64,000 nucleotides of DNA from Alphaproteobacteria bacterium. Its GTDB lineage: Bacteria > Pseudomonadota > Alphaproteobacteria > CALKHQ01. How positions within the stretch are numbered: position 1 is the stretch's first letter; every line of letters starts with the position of its first letter. The position numbers were made by a program, and so were the translations under genes. The notes below the pieces were generated by a model. It was not told the origin of the DNA. It was given only the letters and a program-made list of their open reading frames with translations, and did no database searches. Positions 11,441 through 22,300 of the stretch are shown in pieces. The stretch spans positions 2,880,001-2,944,000 of the forward strand of contig CBDDFZ010000001.1 in NCBI GenBank assembly GCA_965227515.1, read 5' to 3'.

Positions 11441-12349
11441 ATGACACTGGTGCAGCGCGACCACAACGGTATCCCGGCGACCGGGGTTACGCGCCATCGC
11501 CACGCGCCGCGCATGGGCGTCGGCATGGCAGCGGTGTCTGCCGTGGCTCTTGGCCTGACAGCGGCCGGCGCGGCCATGCCGTCAGCCGCGGAAGCGGCCG
11601 AGATTGCGGCCCACAGGGCGATCTACACGCTGGATCTGGTCAGCATTGTCGATGACAGCCACGTCGCCGATGCCCGTGGCGCGCTGGTGGTCGAGTGGCG
11701 CGATGTCTGTGATGGCTGGCAGGTGGAACAGCACTACGCGCTATATGTCTCGCACCACGAGCAGCCGGACCGGCGCATCGAGTCCAGCTACTCGACCTGG
11801 GAGTCCAAGGACGGCCTGACCTACACGTTCGACGTCGAGACCAGCCACGACGGGCGCGGCGGCGACCGGGTGCGCGGCAGCGCAACCCTGGACCCGGAGA
11901 CCGGCGCCGGGGAGGCTGAGTACGCCCGCCCGCGCGGTGTGACCGTGGAGCTGCCGGCCGGCACCATGTTCCCGATGGCGCACACGCGCGAGGTGCTGGG
12001 CCAGGCGGAGAACGGCGGCGTGGTGATCAATCGCGTGGTGTTCGACGGCTCGAACGTCGATCAACCGCTGGAAATGAACGTGCTGGTCGGCGCGCGGGTG
12101 AACATGGGCGACGACCCGTCGCCGCAGCTTGCCGCGGACTCCGGCAATCCGTTGCTCGAGGCGCCCGGCTGGAACATCCGCATGGCGATCTTCCCGATGA
12201 CGTCGGTGCTGGCGGTGCCGGATTATGAGATCGAGGTCGGGCTGCTCAATAACGGCGTGGCCCAGACCATGCTGCTCGACTATGGCGACTTCATCATGTC
12301 GGCGTCGTTGCGCCAGATCGAGGCCTTGCCGGCCGAAGTCTGCGAATAG
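11441..12349 (+). CDS. eipB: Cell envelope integrity protein EipB (DUF1849)
   Basis: Signal-like N-terminus, AHRAIYTLDL, CDGW, TWESKDG, TMFPMAH, VFDGS, NGVAQTMLLDYGDF, terminal Cys. Confidence 0.85.
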   Translation: MTLVQRDHNGIPATGVTRHRHAPRMGVGMAAVSAVALGLTAAGAAMPSAAEAAEIAAHRAIYTLDLVSIVDDSHVADARGALVVEWRDVCDGWQVEQHYALYVSHHEQPDRRIESSYSTWESKDGLTYTFDVETSHDGRGGDRVRGSATLDPETGAGEAEYARPRGVTVELPAGTMFPMAHTREVLGQAENGGVVINRVVFDGSNVDQPLEMNVLVGARVNMGDDPSPQLAADSGNPLLEAPGWNIRMAIFPMTSVLAVPDYEIEVGLLNNGVAQTMLLDYGDFIMSASLRQIEALPAEVCE

Positions 12350-12355
12350 GTCCGC

Positions 12356-13639
12356 CTATCCCAGGCCACGTCCGCGGGCGATGGCCTTGTCGCCCAGTTT
12401 CGCCCTGACATCGTCGATGGCGCGCTCCACCTTGGCGCGCCGCATCGAATCCGGGTCCGCCAGGTCCGGTTGATCGGCGAAGCGTGCGTCGGCCAGGCCC
12501 GACGTGCCGATGCCGATCAACCGATAGGGTGTGCCGTCGCTGGACGCCTCCAGCAACGGCCGCGCGGCCTTGTAGAGCTGGTCGGCCAGTTGGGTGCAGC
12601 CGGTGAGCTGGCGGCTGCGGGTGAGGATGCGGAAATCCGCGCGCTTCAGCTTCAGCGTGACCCCGGTGGTGGCGAGCGATTTCGCCTTCAGCCGGCGCGA
12701 CACCTTCTCGCATAGCGGCCACAGCCGCTTCGACAGGTCGTCGAATGTGGTCAGGTCGTCGTTGAAGGTGGTTTCCGCCGAGATGCTCTTCGCCGGCCCG
12801 TGCGGGTTCACCCGGCGGGTGTCGTGGCCACGCGCGAAATGGAACAGCCGGTGGCCCATCTGGCCGTAGCGGTCCACTAGCGCCGCCTCGCTGTGCGGCA
12901 ACAGGTCGGCGATGGCGGCGATACCGTCGCGGTGCAGCGCGCCCGCCAGGGCCTTGCCGACACCCCAGATCAGGGTCACGGGTTGTGCGGCCAGGAACGC
13001 CTGGGCATCGCCGCGGCCGATGACGAAGAAGCCGCGCGGCTTGTCGGCGTCCGACGCCACCTTGGCCAGGAACTTGTTGTAGCTGAGCCCGATCGAGGCG
13101 GTGATGCCGACCTCGTCCTTCAGGCGATTGACCAGGGCCACCAACAGCTCGGCCGGTGTGTGGCGGTGCAGCCGGCGGGTGCCGCTGAGGTCCAGGAACG
13201 CCTCGTCGATGGAGATCGGCTCCACCAGCGGCGTGACCGACAGCATGATCTCGCGCACCTGGCGGCCGGCGGCGGCATACTTCTGCATGTCCGGCTTGAT
13301 GACGACCGCGTCGGGGCAGGCCTTCAACGCCTTGAACATCGGCATCGCGGAGTGGATGCCATAGAGGCGGGCGTGATAGCAGGCGGCCGACACCACGCCA
13401 CGCCGCCCGCCGCCGATGATGACCGGCCGGTCGCGCAGGCTGGGGTCGTCCCGCTTTTCCACCGTCGCATAAAACGCATCGCAGTCGATGTGTGCGATTT
13501 CCAGGCTGTCGAGCTCGGGGTGGGCGAGCAGGCGGGGCGATCCGCAGGCCTTGCAGCGGCTTGTCTCGGCCGGCTGTCGGGTCGCGCAGTCCCGGCACAG
13601 CGCGTCGACACTCACGGACGCCTGCGATGTGCCGTTCAT
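12356..13639 (-). CDS. dinB: DNA polymerase IV
   Basis: N-terminal CxxC..CxxC, HIDCDAFYATVE, SIDEAFLDL, KFLAKVASD, KSISAETTF. Confidence 0.96.
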   Translation of the reverse strand: MNGTSQASVSVDALCRDCATRQPAETSRCKACGSPRLLAHPELDSLEIAHIDCDAFYATVEKRDDPSLRDRPVIIGGGRRGVVSAACYHARLYGIHSAMPMFKALKACPDAVVIKPDMQKYAAAGRQVREIMLSVTPLVEPISIDEAFLDLSGTRRLHRHTPAELLVALVNRLKDEVGITASIGLSYNKFLAKVASDADKPRGFFVIGRGDAQAFLAAQPVTLIWGVGKALAGALHRDGIAAIADLLPHSEAALVDRYGQMGHRLFHFARGHDTRRVNPHGPAKSISAETTFNDDLTTFDDLSKRLWPLCEKVSRRLKAKSLATTGVTLKLKRADFRILTRSRQLTGCTQLADQLYKAARPLLEASSDGTPYRLIGIGTSGLADARFADQPDLADPDSMRRAKVERAIDDVRAKLGDKAIARGRGLG

Positions 13640-13669
13640 GCTGCGGTTCCCGTTATCGAGGGCCGGGCG

Positions 13670-14572
13670 TCAGGTCTTGGGCGGCCACAGCCAGGCCGCG
13701 CCGCGCACGCCAGTGGAATCGCCATGCACCGGCGGCCTGAGCTTGGTATCGACCCGGTCGGAGAACACATAACGGTCCCAGATCGCCGGCACGTCGTCAT
13801 AGAGGCTGGTGACGTTGGACATGCCGCCGCCGAGCACGACGACATCGGGGTCCAGCACGTTGATGATGGTGGCCAGCCCCCGTGCCAGGCGGTCGGTGTA
13901 GCGCTCCAGCGCCTGCACCGCAGCAGGCTCGCCGCTTTCCACCCGCTCCATGATCTTCTGGCCGGTCAGCTTGGTCCCGGTGGCCTGGGCATAGTCGCGC
14001 TGGAAGCCGGTCCCGGACAGGAAGGTCTCGATGCAGCCATGCAGGCCGCAATAGCAGGCCGGTCCGGGCCGTTCCTCGTCGCGCGGCCAGGGCAGGGGGC
14101 AGTGGCCCCACTCGCCGCCGATGGCGTTGGCGCCCAGCACAGGCTTGCGGTCGACCACCACGCCGCCGCCGACCCCGGTGCCGATGATAACGCCGAACAC
14201 GACCTTGCCGTCGGCGCCGGCGCCGTCGACCGCCTCCGACACCGCCATGCAGTTGGCGTCGTTGGAACAACGCACCTCGCGCCCCATCGCCTCGGACAGG
14301 TCGCGGTCCAGCGGGTGGCCGATCAGCCAAGTGGAATTGGCGTTCTTGACCAGCCCGGTGGCCGGCGAGATGGCCCCGGGCATCGACAGCCCGACCGTGG
14401 CCTTTTCGCCCAATTCGGCCTCCGCATCGCGGACAAGACCGACGATGGCCTGAATGGTGCCGTCGTAGTCGTCTTTCGGTGTGTCGATCCGCCGTCGAAT
14501 CAACTCGACCCCATCATCGTCCAGCGCGATGATTTCGGTCTTGGTGCCCCCCAAGTCTATGCCGATCCGCAT
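13670..14572 (-). CDS. ROK family sugar kinase (fructokinase-like)
   Basis: [42 protein letters not shown]. Confidence 0.92.
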   Translation of the reverse strand: MRIGIDLGGTKTEIIALDDDGVELIRRRIDTPKDDYDGTIQAIVGLVRDAEAELGEKATVGLSMPGAISPATGLVKNANSTWLIGHPLDRDLSEAMGREVRCSNDANCMAVSEAVDGAGADGKVVFGVIIGTGVGGGVVVDRKPVLGANAIGGEWGHCPLPWPRDEERPGPACYCGLHGCIETFLSGTGFQRDYAQATGTKLTGQKIMERVESGEPAAVQALERYTDRLARGLATIINVLDPDVVVLGGGMSNVTSLYDDVPAIWDRYVFSDRVDTKLRPPVHGDSTGVRGAAWLWPPKT

Positions 14573-14733
14573 GTTTTTCGCCCGTTTCTAAGTTGCTTCC
14601 GCGCATCAGGGCCGATAGTACTGAGACCCCCGATCCAGGCAAAGCCGAATGCGCCTGGACATTCGAGAGCATACGCCTAGCTGATGACGATGCAGGCCGG
14701 TGCGCCCCACGGCACCCGCCCAGGAAAGCGTAC

Positions 14734-15114
14734 ATGACCAAGACCGTTCTGATCGTCGAAGACAACGACCTGAACATGAAGCTGTTCCATGACCTGCTGG
14801 AGGCGCATGGCTATGCGACCATCCAGACCAAAGACGGCATGGAAGCCCTGAAGATCGCCCGCGACCAGCGCCCCGACCTGATCCTGATGGACATCCAGCT
14901 GCCGGAAGTCTCCGGCCTGGAGGTGACCAAGTGGATCAAGGAAGACGACAATCTGCGCTCCATCCCGGTGGTGGCGGTGACCGCGTTCGCCATGAAGGGC
15001 GACGAGGAGAAGATCCGCCAGGGCGGCTGCGAGGCCTATATAGCCAAGCCGATCTCGGTGACCCAGTTCCTTGAAACCGTGCGCGGCCTGGTCGGCGAGG
15101 CCGAGAGCGCCTGA
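14734..15114 (+). CDS. divK: Single-domain response regulator DivK
   Basis: [22 protein letters not shown]...[19 protein letters not shown]...[28 protein letters not shown] closely matches DivK. Confidence 0.93.
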   Translation: MTKTVLIVEDNDLNMKLFHDLLEAHGYATIQTKDGMEALKIARDQRPDLILMDIQLPEVSGLEVTKWIKEDDNLRSIPVVAVTAFAMKGDEEKIRQGGCEAYIAKPISVTQFLETVRGLVGEAESA

Positions 15115-15239
15115 CCCGCAAACGCGGGGGTGCCGTTTCGCCGCGCAATTCTTTGCTTCTCGCGGGTTGCGCCGCCCGCCGGAAGCGACTATCTGATACC
15201 TCCCGCCGCCGGCAACCGTTCCAGGTCGCCGTCAGGCAT

Positions 15240-15315
<76 letters not shown>

Positions 15316-15407
15316 CGCTTCGCCCTTGCGGGCTGCGCGTGGCGCAGCCACGTTCGGATCGCTAGCGCGAAGCAGTGCCCGGCGAAGCCAAGTGCGCGAA
15401 GCCGGGC
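15316..15407. repeat. Multi-hairpin palindromic intergenic element (REP/RIME-like)
   Basis: GCTTCGC 15317-23 pairs with GCGAAGC 15367-73, enclosing hairpins GCCC-ttgc-GGGC and CGTGGC-gca-GCCACG. Second stem GCCCGGC 15377-83 / GCCGGGC 15401-07. Confidence 0.55.
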
Positions 15408-15453
15408 TGCACCAGCCCGCCCTGACATTACCTCGTCGCTTCTCCGAACCAGT

Positions 15454-15546
15454 TCGGCCCTACGCCCCCAGCAGGCGCTGGTAGGTCTCGCGCACGGTCT
15501 GGCGCACCTTCTGCGGTTGCTCGTCCAGCGCCTGGGTCAGCGCCTT
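15454..15546 (-). repeat. 93-bp direct repeat, left copy (orphan 3' end of cbpM)
   Basis: Matches 25667-25759 except one C/G difference. Encodes KALTQALDEQPQKVRQTVRETYQRLLGA* on the minus strand. Confidence 0.95.
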
Positions 15547-15850
15547 ATCTCGTCGCGGACCGAGTTGCCGCAGCGAAGGGCCTGTCGCTGGTGGACTATC
15601 CCACCGCCCGTGCTCGGACACTCGCACATGAGTGGAACATGACCGAGGCGGGCGTCCGGAGACGGATCTTGCGCTTGTGGGACTGCATTCACAAGATGGC
15701 ACTGCCAAGTCACGTGATTGGCCAGATGATGATCTGATCTTGAAATATCAGGCGTGGCACGATTATCGACCAAATCCGCATCGCGTATGTGTCATTGTGG
15801 CCAAGAAAGTCTATAAATGCGCACCACTGTTAACGATATGGAATTGTTGA
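15546..15850 (+). pseudogene. Truncated, frameshifted C-terminal winged-helix-like gene remnant
   Basis: No start codon. One frame (15546-15737) reads YLVADRVAAAKGLSLVDYPTARARTLAHEWNMTEAGVRRRILRLWD; another continues DDDLILKYQAWHDYRPNPHRVCVIV (HTH plus wing-like). Confidence 0.4.
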
Positions 15851-16241
15851 GTCGTGGTATTATCTCTCGAGTTCTGTCTCACAACAAAATCATAACTGTA
15901 ACGAATGGAGCATAATATTCCAAAATTTTCACATATATATATTTATGCAGCGATTTGTCTTAACAACAATGGAATTCTCGTCACCTCATGGCGCGGAAGA
16001 CAAAAAAGAGACGGTTAGGCGTCGGCTGATGTGCTTGGTATTGCGCCAAAGTCAGATCGACGTATTTGCGCGAAACCATAGAAATGACTGAATTCAGTCA
16101 ATCCAATCCTTGGTCATCACTCACAGTATTGCGGATAAATTGCATCACGGGACTTTGAACAATCGCCCTGTACGCCATATCGCGGATGGTGCATAGTATT
16201 TGGCTTGCAAATCCGTCTTAGCTCGCTGTCGTGGGAACGCC

Positions 16242-16775
16242 ATGCCTACAGTGAGGATGGAAGATTGGCTTGAGCTACTGGGCCTGACCGGGTCGGTTCA
16301 GCAGCTCCTTGCCGGGCAGCGAACGCTCAGCGATGCGCGCGAGGACGTAGAGTCGGCCAAGACGACCTGGCCCGGCGTGTCCCAGGATTTCGTCTCTGTT
16401 CTGGACCAGTTGAATCCCTTCTTTGACGACGTCGCCGATGTCATTTCCGAACAACACGATCTGATTGACGAGTTCAATAATGCCGTTGGCGAGTTCGGGG
16501 AAACATTCCCGGCCCCACAGGATCGGCTTCTGAATGAAGAGGATCTGGGGGACATCGCCGACATCCGCGATGCGCTGCTGGATTTCCTGGCCGAACTCCA
16601 CAGCCAAATCGAGTCCATCGTCGACGAGATCGAAGACCTGCTCAACGAGCTCGAGTCCCAGCGAGGCGGTCTGGAGGAAGGCGATCCGTTCCTCGCCGAC
16701 GAAATCGCCGAGACGCTTGAGGAACTGGAAGAGCTGCAGGAGGCGCTGGAAGGCGAGGGGTGCCTGGGTCCATGA
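16242..16775 (+). CDS. Hypothetical strongly acidic alpha-helical protein
   Basis: D/E-rich heptad-like sequence. First gene of an ATGA-coupled operon; GGGA before ATG 16242. Confidence 0.75.
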   Translation: MPTVRMEDWLELLGLTGSVQQLLAGQRTLSDAREDVESAKTTWPGVSQDFVSVLDQLNPFFDDVADVISEQHDLIDEFNNAVGEFGETFPAPQDRLLNEEDLGDIADIRDALLDFLAELHSQIESIVDEIEDLLNELESQRGGLEEGDPFLADEIAETLEELEELQEALEGEGCLGP

Positions 16776-17137
16776 CCGATGTACCGCCGCCCTTTGCCAC
16801 CGGTGACCTTGCCGCCCCCCTGACCCTCCCGGCCAGTGACCCCGACGATCCCATGGCAAAGCTGAGGGCGCTTCAGGCGGAACGCCGCCGCCTGGAGTTG
16901 CGGCGTATCGAGCTGGTGGTCGAACTGACCAATGCGCGCCGGGTCGTGGCGCGGTTCGAACAAGAGGCTTCGGCATCGTTGCAGGGGCCGGTGGAAGCAA
17001 TCCTGTTTGCGCGTGCTGCGTCGAACGCGGCCGAACTCGCGATTGCCGCGCGCATCGTCGAGCAGCGGCTGCGCCATATCGAACTGGAACTGCCGTCCGC
17101 CTTCGGCCGCACCGCCCTGGAGGTGACCCGCCGATGA
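16772..17137 (+). CDS. Hypothetical Arg/Ala-rich coiled-coil protein
   Basis: ATGA overlaps with both neighbours; helical pattern LRALQAERRRLELRRIELVVELTNARR. Confidence 0.7.
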   Translation: MTDVPPPFATGDLAAPLTLPASDPDDPMAKLRALQAERRRLELRRIELVVELTNARRVVARFEQEASASLQGPVEAILFARAASNAAELAIAARIVEQRLRHIELELPSAFGRTALEVTRR

Positions 17138-17667
17138 CCTTCCCGCCCGACACTCCGCTGCTGGACTGCGACCGTGTCGGCCTGCTTTGGGCGGAGGACT
17201 ATCTGCCCGCCGTCATCGCTGCGATCGAGGGGGCAAGAACGCGACTGGACGTTGCCATGTTCATTCTGGCGGTCGGCACAACGACACGGGCGCTGGACCG
17301 GGTGCGCGACCTGGCCGACATCTGCGCGCGGGCCCACCATCGCGGCGTCGCTTGCCGCGTCCTCATCAATGATTTTACCGAAGACGAAGAATTGCCGGTG
17401 CTGAACCTGGTCGCCGGCCACTATCTGGCGGCCGCCGATGTGCCCGTGCGCCAGTACCGAAGCGATCGGCACAGCAGCATTCATTCCAAGTATGCGTTGA
17501 TCGACGACGACAACGCCTTCGTCGGCAGCGGAAATTGGACCGGCGGCGGCTTGATGGCCAATCTCGAGGCATCGGTGCATGCGGTGTCGGCGCCGCTGGT
17601 GGCGATCCTGCGACGCCGCTTCGACAACGACTGGCAACGCGCTGCGATGCTGGAGCGCCTACCATGA
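17134..17667 (+). CDS. Phospholipase D-superfamily protein, single HKD (Nuc-like)
   Basis: HSKYALID-x6-GSGNWT and ANLEASV; N-terminal IEGARTRLDVAMF. No signal peptide. Confidence 0.88.
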   Translation: MTFPPDTPLLDCDRVGLLWAEDYLPAVIAAIEGARTRLDVAMFILAVGTTTRALDRVRDLADICARAHHRGVACRVLINDFTEDEELPVLNLVAGHYLAAADVPVRQYRSDRHSSIHSKYALIDDDNAFVGSGNWTGGGLMANLEASVHAVSAPLVAILRRRFDNDWQRAAMLERLP

Positions 17668-19346
17668 ACGTGCTGCCCAACATGGCTCCGGAGGCTGCAC
17701 TGCTAACCGGACTGCTCGACCGCTGGCTGCCGGGCGCAAACCTTACGCACAGGCAATGGTGGTCTCTGCGCCGCGCGGTCATCCGCATCGGCAGTGCGCT
17801 GGGCGTTGTCGACGAACTGGCCAGGCTGCCCTTCGAGCAGGGCACGGTGTCCTACCAATCGAAAGTCATTGCCGAGGGCGTTGATGCCCTGGTGCGGCGC
17901 AGCGTCGACGTGGGCCCGACCGAGGCGGTGCCGTTCGCCGTCGCCGCAGCCGGCGGGGCATCCCCGGTGGCGGGAGTCGTGCCGGCCGAAATCGTGCCGC
18001 GCCTCGACATCAATGCTGCCGATACGGACCAGTTGGCCGGCCTGCCCGGGCTCGGGGGAGTCAGCGCCCGGCGTATCGTGGCACGACGGGACGCGCGTGG
18101 CCCCTATGTCGACCTGGAGGATGCGCGAAGGGCCGGCAACGTCTCCAAGGCGGCGTTCGCGCGCGCGACCGTTCACCTGTATGTCGGTGCCGCCGTGCCG
18201 CCCCGGTCCCAATTGCGCGAGACCGAACTGATCCAACGTGGCGGACTGAGCGCGTATCTGCAGCTATGGCAGGACGGTCGCCTCAGCACCCCGCACCTCA
18301 GCGCTGAGACGGCAGAGGACGCGCTGGTGACGCTGGTGCAGGGTTTTGCTGCCGCGGTGCGCGCCAAACCGGCGGTTCCGCGGCTTTGGGCGCCAGGCCG
18401 CCGCCGGCTGCGACGCGGCTCTCGGGCGCTTGGGCGCGCGACGGAACTGGAAGCCGCGATGGCGACCGATGCGCAGGTCGCACCGATCTTCAGTTCCGGC
18501 TATCTGCCGAAGCTCGTCGCCACGATCGATGCGGCCACCGCCACCGTCATTGCGTCCATGTTCTACTTCACGGTCGGCGAAGCAGATGTGGAGACCGACC
18601 CGGGGGACGAGATCGTCACGGCGCTGGAGCGGGCGATTGGGCGGGGAGTCGATGTGCGCCTGATCCTCGACGACGACGTGCCGACCGACCGGCACGGCGC
18701 CCAGCTTGTCAACGCGACCACGTTCTCCGTTCTCGAGGCCAAGGGGATTCCGTTCCGGCGGGATCATCTGGAGGTGACCTCTCACGCAAAGGCCATCGTG
18801 GTCGATGCACAGAACGCCATCGTCGGCAGTCATAATTGGACCGCGTCGTCGTTCTTCCGCTACCAGGAAACGTCCCTGTTCGTCAGGTCGAACGATTTCG
18901 GCCAGACGCTGTTCGAGCGACTGTCCCGGCGCTGGCAGATGCTGGCCCCCAAGAACGAGCGCATCGTGCCGGTCGAGCACCTGGAGAGCCTGGACTCCGA
19001 CCAGAAGGGCGCGGTCTTGGCCGCCGGCCTGGCCGATGGGCCGGCCTTTGTGAGTGCCACACGGCTGAAGGCGCAGCGCGATGCGCTGGTGGAGCCGCTC
19101 TTAATGGGCGAAGACGACATCGCGAACGTGCGGCGCATCGTCAATCTGATGCAGACCTTCCCCATCTCCGAGACGGCGGCCGTGGCGTTGATCGGCGATG
19201 GATTGGACTCAGCCAGCGAGGTGCGGCGGGCCACCGCCGCGCGCTTGCAGCAGGCATTCGCCAGGATGCCGGCACTGCCGGAGCCGTTCGGGCTGCGCGA
19301 GATATTGCCGGAAGTCGCGGACCGGCTGGCGGCCGAGGAGGGTTGA
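17664..19346 (+). CDS. Fusion of ComEA-like helix-hairpin-helix, single-HKD PLD and DUF4332-like C-terminal domain
   Basis: LDINAADTDQLAGLPGLGGVSARRIVARRDARGPY (HhH); HAKAIVVD-x6-GSHNWT..YQETS (PLD). The C-terminal two-fold pattern VEHLESL..AAGL / LMQTFPISETAAVALIGDGLDS resembles DUF4332 (weaker call). Start at the ATGA overlap. Confidence 0.8.
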   Translation: MNVLPNMAPEAALLTGLLDRWLPGANLTHRQWWSLRRAVIRIGSALGVVDELARLPFEQGTVSYQSKVIAEGVDALVRRSVDVGPTEAVPFAVAAAGGASPVAGVVPAEIVPRLDINAADTDQLAGLPGLGGVSARRIVARRDARGPYVDLEDARRAGNVSKAAFARATVHLYVGAAVPPRSQLRETELIQRGGLSAYLQLWQDGRLSTPHLSAETAEDALVTLVQGFAAAVRAKPAVPRLWAPGRRRLRRGSRALGRATELEAAMATDAQVAPIFSSGYLPKLVATIDAATATVIASMFYFTVGEADVETDPGDEIVTALERAIGRGVDVRLILDDDVPTDRHGAQLVNATTFSVLEAKGIPFRRDHLEVTSHAKAIVVDAQNAIVGSHNWTASSFFRYQETSLFVRSNDFGQTLFERLSRRWQMLAPKNERIVPVEHLESLDSDQKGAVLAAGLADGPAFVSATRLKAQRDALVEPLLMGEDDIANVRRIVNLMQTFPISETAAVALIGDGLDSASEVRRATAARLQQAFARMPALPEPFGLREILPEVADRLAAEEG

Positions 19347-19347
19347 G

Positions 19348-22300
19348 ATGGGCTACCTTCCACACCCGCATTACGCCGAGCAGGACCCGAATAATTCGGA
19401 GGTCATCCACTTCTACGAGACACACTACTCGGACGATCGCGACGATTGGACCCAGATCGGGTTCGGCACGCTGCCGGATGGCCTGACCTGGGACGAGTGG
19501 GTGGAGGGATTCGAGAACAACGAGGGCGTTCCGCTGGAAAACTTCGTCCCGGTCGATCCAGACGCCGGGGAGGGCGATGGAGACGGCCTGCCGGCGGGTG
19601 GAGAAGGCGATGGCGACGAATTGCCAGGGGATGGCGAAGGCGATGGGGGTGCCGGCGGCACGGTGGGCGACTCCGGTGATGGCGATGGCGACGCCGGGGA
19701 CGGCGACAGTGGCGATGGCGATTCCGGTGATGGCGATTCCGGCGATGGCGATTCCGGCGATGGCGCCAGCGGCGATGGCCAGGGCGACGGCGGGCAAGGC
19801 GACGGCCAGGGCGATGGCGGTGGTGGCGGCACCGGCGCCGCCGGTGAAGGCACGGGCGTGCAGGACAGCTTCATCGCGTTCTGCAAAGCCCTCATGGAGG
19901 ACTATGAGTCCGCGCTCGACAACCTGAACGACCTGGGCGAGCAGGTGCCCAGCGGCGGCGGCGAAGACGCTGCCGCGGAAGCCATCGGCATCAGCGAGGA
20001 GATCGGCGATCTTGCCGGTGTTCTGGAAGACCTGAACAGCGAGACGGAAGCGCTGACGTCTGCGTTGGGGCGCGGCCAGCTGGCATTGAATGGATTGCAT
20101 GACTCGGTCGGCGGCATCGACGGTGGCGACATCCTGTCCGACACGCCGTCGGTCTCGATTCAGCAGTTTGAGGAGCCGCCGGAGTTCGCGGAAACCGGCG
20201 GTGAGCCGGTCGCGCTGTCATCGGGCGCGTTCCAGAACGTTACGGTCGACCTGGTGATCCCGTCGGTGGGCGTGGATTTCGATGTCACCCGCATCTACAG
20301 CAACCAAGTCTACAATGCCGGGTCTTTCGGTGCGAAGTGGGATGTCTGGTTCGACGCCAACGTGCGCGAGCTCAGCAGCGGACTGGTCTATCTGTGGAGC
20401 GGCCAGGCGCGCGGCTGGTTCCTCAGCCCGGACGGGCCGAACGACTATGACGGCGGGGTCGGCTTCCGACACCGGTTCGTGCGTGCCGGCGGCGGCTGGG
20501 AGTTGCGCGATCGCACCGGATTTGTCTGGGTGTTCGACGGCGATGGGCACCTGTCCGAGCGCAGGGACCGGTTCGGCAATTTCATTCGCGTCAACCGCAA
20601 TGGCGACGGCCTGATTGTCGGCCTGGAGGACACCAACGGGCGCACCCTGACCGTGTCCCGCGACACGGCCGAGCGGGTTACCGAGATTGCCGACTGGACC
20701 GGGCGTGTCTGGCAGTACGACTATGACGGGCAGGTGCTGAGCGCGGTCACGCTGCCGGCAACGACCGATCATCCCGGCGGCCGGGTGATTCGGTACAGCT
20801 ATGATTCACCCGGACCGCCCCAGATGCGCGCCAACCTGGTGTCGATCGACAGCCCGGTCGGCTCCGAACTGGTGGCCAACATCTACGGCACGTCGGTTGA
20901 CGGCTTCAACAAGGTGATCGAGCAGGACTTCGCCGGCGACGACCATCAGTTCGAATACGAGGTCGTCAACGACGACATAGACGCGGAGGTGGTGAACCGT
21001 CACCAGTTGTCCCACCGCACCACCCATACCGACGGGCGCGGCATCGTCCACATCCATGAATTCAATGTGTTCGGTGGCCTGCTGGAGACGCGCACACTGT
21101 CACAGGGTATCGCCACCAATGCGCCGTCCAACTGGCGGTTCGCGTTCCAGTACGACACCTTGCTGCACAATCAGGAGATCGTCCTGCCCGGCGGTTCGAT
21201 CCTCCGTTTCAACTACGATCTCGGCGCCGGCGATCCGTTGGCGCGCCACGATATCCTGCAGATACGCCACGTGCCCAGCGACGGCGGCACCCACGCGGTC
21301 CACCGCTTCGAATACGGGGCCTTCGGCCAGGTGACCCGGTTCGAGGACCCGCTGGGCAATGTGTTCGAGATCGACGTCGACAACATGGGCCGTCCCACGC
21401 GGTACACGGGGCCGTCGGCCGAACTGGCGACTGGCGGCAGCCACACGCCGATCGTTGACACCGTTTATGATGCGCGCGGCCAGATCGTGAGCATCGCCAG
21501 CGCCGAGGGTGTCACCCACAGCTTCGAATACGAAGGCGGTGGCCAGAACGCCGGCCGTCTGGTGCGTCAGCGCCGCAACGGGACGCAGATCGCACAGTAC
21601 GATCGCGATGCCTTGTGGCGCGTCACCGGGTACACGGACGAGGCGGGTCATCTCTTCACGCTGCAATGGGATGCCGCCGACCAGGTGACGATGGAACTCG
21701 GCCCGACCGGCACCCACGTCAGGCGCAGGTACCGCTATGACGAGGCCGGCAGCCTGGTTGCGGTGGGCGAGCGCAACATCAACGAGAACGGGGTGGTCGG
21801 CTTCCCGGTCTTCGTCGAGACCACGTTCGAGCGTGACGTTCGCGGCCGTGTCACCGCGGTCCACCAGCCGATCGAAAGCGGCGTTTCGGCGGAAACGCTG
21901 ATCGAATGGGACGCCGACAACCGCATCGTCGAGGTGATCGATCCGGAAGGTGTCTCTACGCGTTGGGTCTGGGACGAGCGTGGCCTGATCCACGAGCGCA
22001 TCACGGCGGCGGGCACCAGCCGCGAGGCGGTCGAGCGCTTCGCGCACAACCTGGATGGACTGATCTCGTCGTACGCTGATCCGAATGGGAATGCGCGTAG
22101 TTACGCGTACGACGGCTACCTTCATAACGCGTCCATGCAGAGTCCGGACGGCACCACGGCGCGATGGGCGTTCGACCGCGCCGGGCGGCTGACCCGCGCC
22201 GATGTTGAGGACGGCGCCGGCATCCTGCGCGAACGTCACCGCTTCGACTACGACGCGCTTGGCCGTGTCATGCGCGTGCGACAGCGGGTCATCGAACCGG

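Noticed and set aside
15460-15708. 82-aa minus-strand ORF as a second cbpM
   Set aside because: Only the last 28 residues match, via the direct repeat; the rest is unrelated.
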